Below are positions 53,724 to 64,000 of a stretch of 64,000 nucleotides of DNA, one piece after another. The translations under genes were made by a program, and so were the position numbers. Origin of the DNA: Octopus vulgaris (Eukaryota); assembly GCA_951406725.2 (NCBI GenBank), contig OX597818.1, positions 102,796,001 to 102,860,000 on the forward strand, read 5' to 3'. Numbering within the stretch: position 1 is the first letter of the stretch; each line of letters begins with the position of its first letter. Below the pieces are notes generated by a model. It was not told where the DNA came from and made no database searches. It worked only from the letters and a program-made list of their open reading frames with translations.

Positions 53724-54019
53724 TCAATTCTGCAATGATACAAATAACAACGCGGTATTAATCCATACACTGAATTGAATATATATGCGTATGTATAATG
53801 TTCGTCTACAAACATAATACATACATATTTACATAAAATACATACCTATATGTATACTTACATATACATGCATACATACATATACATATATATATATATA
53901 TAAACAATCACACACAAAATCAGTCACGCACACAAACATATGTAGATTGATAGATAGATTTTTAAAAGTGTGGGTGAGGTATTCGCCATTTTATTTTATA
54001 TATATATTTTTTTTATATA

Positions 54020-54137
54020 CGCAGGCGTGGCTGTGTAGTAAGAAGTTTGCTTCAAAGTCACGCTGTTCCGGGTTCAGTCCCTCTGAGTGGCGCCGTGGGC
54101 AAGTGTCTTCTACTATAACCCCGAGCCGGTCTCATCG

Positions 54138-54234
<97 letters not shown>

Positions 54235-54362
54235 GATGGGTTTCTGTCAGTTTCCGTCTACCAAATCCACTCACAACGCTTTGGTCGGCCCGGGGTTATA
54301 GTAGAAGGCACTTGCCCACGGCGTCACTCAGAGGGACTGAACCCGGAACCATGTGGCTTGGT
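54020..54362. mobile_element. SINE family A head and its inverted duplicate across (TA)n
   Basis: Forward copy 54020-54138, reverse copy 54233-54362. Confidence 0.85.
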
Positions 54363-55024
54363 ATAAATCTAAATGCAAACTAGAAAACTGCAGCAAAGCT
54401 GCGTGAAAGTGGTGTCAGACGTCACATGCAGATTATCTTATAACTTGCTTAACATGGCGTTTTTATTTTTCTCTCCCACTTTACTTTGACATGCGCATTG
54501 CGCTTTTATTCTTCTATTCCGTTTACCGAATTCAGTGTGCACATGCGCATTGCCTGTTCAAACGTCTTTTTCCGGTTCCTACTCAAAACTGTTAACAGAC
54601 CACAATCATCTCCTGAATGCATGTTCGTCAGGAGTGTTTCGTGCTCTGATGGGTGTGAAAAAATTCAACACCAGCTAATATCATTTCTTAGCCACTGCTC
54701 AGTCTGCAACCTTTTATTTGTATGATCAGCCAACTTTAAGAATAGCTCCTCCTTGTGTTTCCTTTGTAAGACAATAACGAATAGCAACTGTGCTACCAAT
54801 CGGACATGCGTATATTGTATATCAGAACATCACCAACGGAAGCCGTACAAACTATTCAACTACATCTGGTGAGAGGAAGGAACTAGCGACACACTTCCTC
54901 CCAACAAGCTTCATGATTGATTACAATTCCTGGTTAGTCGGTTGAAATTTACTAAAAGGAATTTACAACTAAAAGAATTTACAACACAGAAATATATCTA
55001 AACAAATATTTCATAGTTGAGTGT

Positions 55025-56002
55025 ACAACAACGATACAAAAGTCTCGCAGAAAATACAGAACTCCAGCGATGTTGCACATCTGCAGCAGGAGTTGGACTC
55101 AATTTACAGATGGGCTTAGGATAATAATATGCAATTTAATGCTGAAAAATTCCAAACCCTGCGCTACCAGCTTCCAAAACTGAATATGAAACTACAGGGT
55201 ACACTGGTCTACCGGGAATTTCAATCCCAGAGCCTAAATCAGTGAGGGACCTGGGTATTGACATGACTGATGATACCTCTTTTCAAGTGCACATTACCAC
55301 GATGGCGACAAAGTGCAGACGACTGGCTGGATGGATCCTGAGAATATTCAGAACCAGAGATAAGGAAACCATGATGGTCTCTGGAAGACATTCGTCCTCA
55401 GCCGCCTGGATTACTGCTCACAGCTATGTTCACCAACCAATGCAAAATTAACAGCGGACCTTGAAGCAATCCAGAGAAGATTCACAAAGAAGATCGTCTC
55501 TTTGCAACAGCTCAGCAACTGGGAAAGGCTTAAACAGCAAAGACTCTACTCCCTGGAGAGACGTCGGGAGAGGTATGCAGTAATATACATCTGGAAGATC
55601 CTGGAAGGAATTGTGCCAAATTTTGGCAGTGAAAGCTACACCACTGCCAGAACGGGACGACACTGCATAGTGCCAAAGATCCCAGCAACGCCATCGAGCT
55701 TTCGGACCAGTTACTGCAACAGCCTGGGTGTCAAGGGCTCACAGCTTTTTAATATTCTCCCAAAGAGTCCGAGGAACTTGCACAAAGTAGATGTAGGCGT
55801 TTTTAAATCAAAGCTGGACATCTTCCTGACGAGAGTCCCAGATGAGCCTACCTCACCGCAAGAGGTTCAAATGAGGGTGGCTATATCAAACTCCATGCTT
55901 CACCAAGTGCCACATATTAGAGGAGGCTCTCAGTAATAACAGTGCAGCAAACGGCGGTGCATCAGCATGGCCGCAGCTATGAGCTGAAGCTACAAAAAAA
56001 AA
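55025..56002 (+). pseudogene. CR1/L2-group LINE, 5' truncated (ORF2 C-terminus, 3' UTR, A tail)
   Basis: YNNDTKV (YADD-like), WA*DNNMQFNAEKF, VRDLGI, RLYSLERRRERYAVIYIWKIL, FKSKLDIFL; contains stops and frameshifts. Confidence 0.88.
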
Positions 56003-56679
56003 TGCAACTCTAAAATATTATCCATTCCCGTAATTTTCTGAGATAAAACAGGGCAAATTCGACAATGTTCCGTTTCGCTGATAATACAGCATCAACTATT
56101 TAAAAACCCTTCTAATTAAATTCAAATATAACAAGAATAATTTATGAAAATGTTGTGAAACTGCCCAGGTGTTTCCACTGTTCTGAGAAAAAACAAAATA
56201 ACATGTTATCGCTTTTACCATATTTTTGTTTACCCTTTCGAGTTTGGTTTCGGTTGGGTAACTAATTTATTATGAAACCACTTTGGTATATTGTTTTCTG
56301 CCTCCAGGTCACTCTTGGTTCAGCGTGCCACGGCCAAAGGTATCCCATCATGGATATCTGTCCTTCAGAATTTTTTAAATTTTAGTAGAAGAGAGAGTTA
56401 GTGCCGATGACATTTTACAGAACCACATAGACTAATGGCTGGAAGAAAACGGTGTCCTCAAACAAAAGGACATGAACAAATGCTAGTAACAGAGTGGACT
56501 CTGCTAAAAGTATTTATTCAATGCCCCATTGAGTTGTGTTAAGCTAAACGGTGGATTGAATATATCACCCGAATAAGTCGTGGCAGGACTTCTCAGAATA
56601 GAAAAAGCAGCAACAATACCACATCCGACATTTTAAATATTCCATAAGTTCGCAGTCCTAAAATCTAGAATGTTTGCTG

Positions 56680-57545
56680 TTTATCTGAACCAGGAAGATG
56701 AAAGGCAAAGTTAAACATGGTAGGATTTGAACGCAGAACGCAAGACACTAAGATAAATGTTGCAAAGTTCTACCAATTCGAAGACTCTATTGTTCAGTAA
56801 GTCGTTCATTTTATAACAGTCTAAACTATGATTGAAAGGAATATAGCTGCTATTTCTAGGAGCCAGATCATATGTGAACACCCTGTTTTTGAAGGACGCC
56901 AACTAAAATATTATAAGGATTGATCTCCCGTTCTCATTAGCAAACCTGCAAGTTCACAACCCTAGAATCTAGACTGGTAGCTATTTATCCGAGCCAGGAG
57001 GATGAAAGGCAATGTTAAACACGGCAGGATTTGAACGCAGAACGGAAGACACTAATATATAGGCTGAAAAACATTTCGTCTGATACACTGATGGTTCTAC
57101 TAATTCGAAGACTCTATTGTTCAGTAAGTGGAGGCACGTGGCTTAGTGGTTAGGGTGTCAGCATTATGATCGTAAGATTGTGGTTTCGATTCCTGGACCG
57201 GGCGACGCGTTGTGTTCTTGAGCAAAACACTTCATTTCACGTAGCTCCAGTCCACTCAGCTGGCAAAAATGAGTAACGTTGCGATGGACTGGCGTCCCGT
57301 CCAGCTGGGGAACACATACGCCATAGAAACCGGGAAACTGGGCCCATGAGCCTGGCTAGGCTTTAAATGGGTTCATTTATTATTGTTCACTAAGTCGTTC
57401 ATTTTATAATATTCTAAACTACGATTGAAAGGAATATAGCTGCTACTTCTAGCAGCCAGATCAAATATGAACATCCTGTCTTTAAAGGACACCTACTATA
57501 ATATTATAAGGATTGATCTCTTGTTCTCACTAACAAACCTGCAGC
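56680..57545. repeat. ~300-bp diverged tandem duplication; the second unit carries a SINE
   Basis: 56680-56952 matches 56984-57129 plus 57396-57543. Confidence 0.85.
57130..57380 (+). mobile_element. SINE family D (tRNA head, CORE-like segment)
   Basis: A box tggcttagtggtt, B box gtttcgattcc, ttgtgttcttgagcaaaacactt; 15-bp TSD tattgttca(g/c)taagt. Confidence 0.92.
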
Positions 57546-58170
57546 TACGGATTGAGTTTTCAACGCCTACTATTATTATACTGAATAAAGTAATTACATG
57601 CGTACTGCTTTTGGCTATGCCTTTTATAGTTCTAAGAAGCTTTCTTTTTGTATAAACTACACAAAGCTAAAATTTACTTTTTTGTAGACCTTATGAATTA
57701 TTTTTCTATCGCACTTTTAAGTCTTTATGAAATTTTGTATTCTACTATAGAACTTTATCTGCATAGCAATGGCCGTTTGTATATCGCTACTACAAACACT
57801 TTCGCTTTTATGTCAAACAGATGCAATTAATAAGCATTGCAAATGGTGAAATAACATTCTTTTTTTCCCAACTAAAAGTCACTATGAGAGGGTTACACAG
57901 ATAAGTAAAGTTCAGTGAGAGGAGACCATGAACGAATATGGGTTGAGGCCTATTGATGTAAGTGAACGAATAATGAAATTTAATTATATTTCTTAGTATA
58001 TAATATGAACATATTTATGCAAACATAATATACGTATGCATTTTTATATTTATATATATATATATATGTATATACATAAGTACTTTCATAGTGTGTATAT
58101 ATTCAATTATATCTTCAAATGCAACTTCATAAATACACTTTATGTACAACAATGATTGTAAGTTCATATA

Positions 58171-58411
<241 letters not shown>

Positions 58412-59635
58412 GAGGGAGATGAATGTGGCTTTTAATTTGAAAGATGGTACGCCAACGGGTATTCGTATTAGACGTGACGGTTAAAACAAACTCAGTAATA
58501 AAAGAACTACATAATATGTACATTAACATCTGAGTCGATATTTCTAGATCAATTCACGTACACACACACACACACGCACACACGCGCGCATGCGATTACT
58601 AAGATACACACTTATACATGCACATGCGTGAATATATACTTGCATATGTTAATGTGTGTGTGTGAGTGTGTGTATCTCTGTGCGTCAGTGTATGTGTGTG
58701 CACGTGCTTGTGTGTAGCTGTATGTGTGTAGGTATACGTGTGGGTGCGAGTGTACATATAAATATATGTATGTGTATATAGGTATATGTGGTTATATATA
58801 TATGTATATATACATGTGTGTATACATATATACATATGTCTACATACATATATATATATAATTGTGTGTGTATATATATATATATATGTATGGATATATG
58901 TGTGTATATATATGTATATATATATATGTGTGTGTGTATGTATGTATATGTATATATATATATATGTATGTATATGTATATATATGTATGTATGACTATA
59001 TATATATGTGTGTGTGTATACATACATATATATAGTCATATATATATATAGTTATATATATATATATATATAATTATATATATAAGTATGCTTGTATGTA
59101 TGTATATATGTTTGTATACGCCAACACAATACGAAGGAATGCAATTAATTATTAGATATAAATGCGTTATTTTCAAAGTAGTAAAACATTTGAAAAATGT
59201 TAAAGGCTAAAATAAACTTTAAAAAAAAAAAAAGAGAAACAAAGCATTACGCTGGTATAAAAATATAGTAATGTTTAAAAAAAATCAATGATTATTAATT
59301 CATTTCTATTGAAGCGTTGATCACTTGATGTGTCTGAGTTTACGTCCGCTTGCTTACATATCTGTATAACTGTGTGCAAAATACTTATTTATTATTCTCT
59401 TCCTAGTTATGGTTTCCATTTTTTTTTTTCGATCAGCCGTCTGTTTGGTTGCAAGTTTATAAAGAATAAAAAATATATATTTAAAATAAATAACTTAATT
59501 AAATTGAATTTTTGAAGAAGAAAAAACCAAACAGGATGTTGTTTTTTTTCTCTTTTTATTTCGTTGTCATTTGCACAAACAACCTCCCTTTTGAATTTCA
59601 GAAGGTTTTTCTATAAATCTTTATTGTTCTCCATA

Positions 59636-60000
59636 GGCGCAGGCGTAGCTACGTGGTAAAACGCTTGCTTCCCAACCACATGGTTCCGAGTTCAAGTGCC
59701 TTCTACTATAGCTTCGGGGCGACCAAAACCTTGTGAGCGGATTTCATAGATGTAACTTGAAAGAAGCCCGTCTTGTGTGTGTGTGACTTTGTGTCTATGT
59801 TTGTCCCACCACCAGGTCTTGACCATTGTTGCTGGTGCGTTTCGTCTCCGTAACTTAGCGGTTTGGCAAAAGAATAACGATAGAATAAATACTATGCTTT
59901 AGAAACACAATTCCTGGGGTCGGTTTGCTAGACTAAAAATTCTTTAAGGCCGTGCCCCAGTTTGGCCGCAATAAAATGACTGAAGCAAATAAAAGGTAAA
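59636..60000 (+). mobile_element. SINE family A, diverged
   Basis: Head and tail are both recognisable. Confidence 0.82.
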
Positions 60001-60085
60001 CGATAGATATTGCTAATATCTACAGTGTGAATTATGCTGCTGGTTTCTTTTCCTGAGAATCGAATTCAAAATGCACTTCTATACT

Positions 60086-60126
<41 letters not shown>

Positions 60127-60168
60127 GCATATATACATACATGCATATATACAATACATACATACATG

Positions 60169-60202
<34 letters not shown>

Positions 60203-60550
60203 TGTATGTATGTATTTGCATTTATATTTTTGTTTCTTTGCATTTATATTCGTATTATTATTTATTATTATTATTATTTTTGTATTTATATTCGTGTAAC
60301 ATCGCCTGTTTTTCTGTCCTTCTTTCGTACACATTCGATCTTTTTTCCGAGGAAGCTAATGCTGTTAGCGTAGTTTTTTCCTTGGGGTTGACCAGATTGG
60401 CGCAATCTCAAGATTAATCAGCCGAAATTGCGAGGAGGATCCGGTTCTTGACTGAAGATTAAAGGCTTCGTATGACCCGTCCGTGTTTTTTGTATCGTCT
60501 GTTTGGCTGTCTTGCGTTCTTGTCCCATTTTGTATTTTTTCATATATGTA

Positions 60551-60686
60551 TGTATATATATTAACTGAAATGAGACAACAAAGCCAAGGTTGTATGGAAT
60601 TTACAGAGACTACCTTTCTCTTTATAAATGTCCTATAAATTCCACACAGCCTTGACTTTGTTGTCTCATTTTATTTAACATATACA
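60551..60686. repeat. ~135-bp hairpin (inverted repeat)
   Basis: aaatgagacaacaaagccaaggttgtatggaattta versus taaattccacacagccttgactttgttgtctcattt. Confidence 0.8.
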
Positions 60687-60786
60687 TGCACACAAGATCC
60701 GCATTAGACTCCTCACTCGTATTATTATCGAACCAGGGCCCTCCCGAGCCTTACCTGCCCATCTTGGGTCTTCTGGATACCAATAC

Positions 60787-60863
<77 letters not shown>

Positions 60864-61359
60864 TGAAGTATCTGCGATGGTAATATAAAGCTAAGTGTGT
60901 ATTTTGGGTATTGCTTTGCAAACAGATCATCAAATGTCCATAGATGTCTTTCTCTTGTACTTTTTCAATACTACATTCGTGTTAAGTGGGAAGCAGGCTT
61001 CCATAATAATCCTGATTTGTTTTCAAATGTGATGTTCCGAGGGGCATTACCAGATCGCTTCTCTTGCAATGTGTTTAATCTGACAAGCACAACATATTTG
61101 TAGGTGTTAAGGCTCTAACCGAGAAGGTTCATATTTGACCCAAAACATTCTAACAGTGACGTTCCATATTATTTTCAGGCATAGTGTATCGTAAACATTA
61201 TACAAATATTTCCATCTTTTTAAGACGGTAGGATGTGATTTGAAGATTTGACTCGACTACTTTATGCCTAATTGCGAAGTCGTATCTCGTGAACGTTATC
61301 TGTAAATTGTTATGCGGATAAGTTTGTCAGTTTTCAGTTTGCGCTGCTTATATCAATAA

Positions 61360-61640
61360 TCTTTATATATAAAATTGAAGTTGTGTGTGTGAGACTCTGT
61401 CTCCTCCGATTTAGATTCCTAACTACTCCCACATTTTGCGGTGCAGTTTAACCAAAAGTGGGTATCTTATAGTCGTTATTCATATCGAGTCCTTCTGGGT
61501 ATTAGCGCACGTCTACGATTTATAAAAAAAATTACCATCATTTTTCCGCATTTTTAATGATTTTTGCTCGGGTTATATAAGGGAAGTAACTCTCTAAAAA
61601 TGCTTATATAGTTATTTCCCTTACAAACCCGAGCAACGCC
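61360..61640 (+). mobile_element. Non-autonomous Helitron, 3' truncated inside the terminal hairpin
   Basis: A|TCtttatatataaaa start; same family as 16640; ends at cccgagcaacgcc. Confidence 0.85.
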
Positions 61641-61930
61641 TTATCAAAATTGTTACTCGTTATAACCATCCATTTTTCATTCATAACGCAGACTACATCA
61701 TCCAAATGACTCCCATTTATTAGTCAGCAGATTTTACATTCGGCATCTATCTTTAGAAGGTCAAGCTGCCATGTAAGGATTCTGCAGGTAGTTCAAGTTT
61801 TTTGTGGATGGTAGGGCTTAAACCCAAGGTTACCCTTACTGAGTACAATTAAATCCAGCATCAACATTGTTTTTGATTAAGGTGTAATATACGCAGGATT
61901 TTAGTTAACGTATAATAAACCCAGGACATA

Positions 61931-62812
61931 CGACGTGCGTTCAAAATATATCCGACGTTATTTTCCCGCAAAAACTAGCGCTGCGGGGTAAAATACTTTA
62001 GCTGGTAGGTGACGCCACTCTTCCCGCGCAAGATTGAAATTTTTTGCGCCGGTATGCCCCATCAGTTTCAGGCTGTAAGACCTAGAATACAGATTTGTAG
62101 TGTGTGCTCGTCAGATTTTCATTTTCCCGCAAGATGACCAAAAGCATCGAATAGACATATGCCGTAAAGTTTTTGCAAAAAGCTTATTGATACTCAAATT
62201 AAACCATCCAGAAGATTCAGCAGGACTTTGGCGATGATACTATGGGCAAAACTCAGATCAAGGAGCTGTACAACCGTTTCAAACATGGTTGCACCTCAGT
62301 GGGGAGTGAGGCACGCTCAGGCAGGCCATCCACAAGCAGATACGAGGAACCGATTGAGAAAGTTCGGTGAATAGTCATGGGACACAGTTACGTGACAATC
62401 CAGGAAATTACTCACGAAGTGGGAACATGTATGCTCCCTTTTAACGGGGGATTTTCGTGTTGCGGAGATTGTCGGTGAACGCACCACATAGTCCATGTTT
62501 TCCTGGTCAAGAACTACACACCATTTGTTCAACAGGTCCTCTACTTACCCCTTACGGCACTGTGTGACTTCTGGCTCTTCACACAAACTGAAAACGACGC
62601 TGAAAGGGAAGCGATTTGAGTCTCTAGAGGAAGTTAAGAGAAAATTGACGGCGGAGCTCCATAGCATTCCAGGGATGACGTTCCAGAGATGTTACCAGCA
62701 GTGGCAGAACCGCTGGCAGAAGTATGTGAACTCCCAAGGGCAGTAGTTTGAAGGTGATTAGATAAAAATTGTGAAATGTTAAAATTGTTGGATACCTTTT
62801 GAGCGCATCTCG
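61931..62812 (+). mobile_element. Internally deleted mariner (irritans-like TIR)
   Basis: TIRs cgacgtgcgttcaaaatatatccgac and gttggataccttttgagcgcatctcg, with TA flanks; remnants SEARSGRPSTS and KLKTTLKGKRF...FQRCYQQWQNRWQKYVNSQG. Confidence 0.85.
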
Positions 62813-63396
62813 TATGTTTCCTTTTGAAGACAGATATAATTCGATGAATGTTTGGTTGATATTATTTACAAATCAAGCGACTATTTGACGATTCCTCTGT
62901 AGCTTGACCTTTCTTTTATTGTTGCGTTCTGTAGCATTTTCCCAAGCATCCTTCGGAAGAAAGCGCTAAAGGATCCTAGGATACTTCAAAAGAGAGCATT
63001 ATGTTTCTGCTAAAGTCCATTGGCTATCCTACTAGCTGTTGTATATTCATGCCGGCAAACTTCAACAAGATGTTTCATAATAGCTGCTGATTTTGTTTCG
63101 TTGATGGATATGTGACTCAAATGTTGCAATCCAGGTTTTATATGTTACTACAGATGTAAATCTTCGGTTTAGCGTTAATATAAGAATATATGCATCTATG
63201 TATGTATCTACGTGCTACCATTCCTTGAGCAACTCTACGCCTTTTAAATTTTAATATTGTCTAACAAATATTTAATATCCCTGATATGATTATTATCTGA
63301 AGTTTATGAAATATAGGACGGCATTATATCTGCAAGGAGAAAAATCCAGGCGGGCTGGGAAGTAATCTGTTGCTCTACAGTCATATAGTATACTTA

Positions 63397-63708
63397 CTTG
63401 TACTTGTGGCGACATTCACCCTGGGCGGGTTGAGTCGGCTTCTTCTAGCACCCTCGAGGCATCTTGAACCATGGCAACCCACTGCGCCAGTTCACTGGAG
63501 ATAGCGAGCCAGTCATGGTTCCATCGGCGCAGGCCGACCACCTACGTAGTGTCTGTTTCGGCAACCGGCGGCTCCTCGGTCGTTCTGTCCCTGCGTCTGC
63601 GGACAATCTGCAGCAAACAAGATGTCTCTACATGCGGGATTGTTGGGGACCGCTTGTAAATTCCATATTCCCACGAAACTTCTATGAATTCTCAATGGCA
63701 CTACTAAA
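63397..63708 (-). mobile_element. RTE-like LINE, 5' truncated, with 21-bp TSD
   Basis: TSD tacagtcatatagtat(a/g)ctta at 63376-63396 and 63709-63729; the minus strand ends ...acccgcccagggtgaatgtcgccacaagtacaagta. Confidence 0.8.
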
Positions 63709-64000
63709 TACAGTCATATAGTATGCTTATGTATTATTATATCAAGCACAATTCTTCCTCATTGGTTGTAAAATTTATTAACAATTGCCCATATATATTT
63801 GTTAAGGTTTGCTTAGATTAGTCTAGTTGTAATTAGCTCGTCTTCAAATGATACAATAGATTGCTAATTGTAAATCTTTACTCGTTTAATTATTGTTTTC
63901 ACCACAGTGGCGGTTGTAAGAATCATAAACTTTGCTCGCTCATGTGTAACTTGACCATCTTATTGATTTCTGAAGTTGAAACCATAACATCATTAGTCAG

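Noticed and set aside
60400-60470. GAAA and CTGAAGA close together, suggesting a permuted hammerhead
   Set aside because: The stems cannot be arranged in a valid hammerhead topology.
60900-61110. Possible decayed RTE 3' end on the minus strand (similar hints at 27230-27480 and 46800-46910)
   Set aside because: Too degenerate to support by eye.

Overview
AT-rich, microsatellite-dense eukaryotic non-coding DNA. The repeat landscape strongly resembles an octopus (cephalopod) genome; this is an inference from the SINE families and simple repeats. I can support no host protein-coding exon, and nearly all listed ORFs are translations of simple repeats. The window holds four tRNA-headed SINE families, mariner elements (one full-length but dead, several deleted or decayed), non-autonomous Helitrons, 8-bp-TSD MITEs and fragments of CR1/L2, RTE, L1/Tx1 and R4-like LINEs. 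The most interesting signal is at least seven unrelated, ORF-less, Penelope-like (PLE) elements, mostly built as inverted repeats, each carrying a minimal hammerhead ribozyme motif. These include natural-looking compensatory swaps of the C3-G8 core pair (G3-C8 in both arms at 4.3-4.5 kb, U3-A8 at 39.4 kb) and one element that joins a tRNA-like Pol III head to a hammerhead. Also notable are a SINE/LINE partner pair sharing a covarying 3' stem-loop, foldback duplications across (TA)n tracts, and a filled/empty SINE insertion site pair. All alignments and folds were done by eye, so boundaries are approximate.
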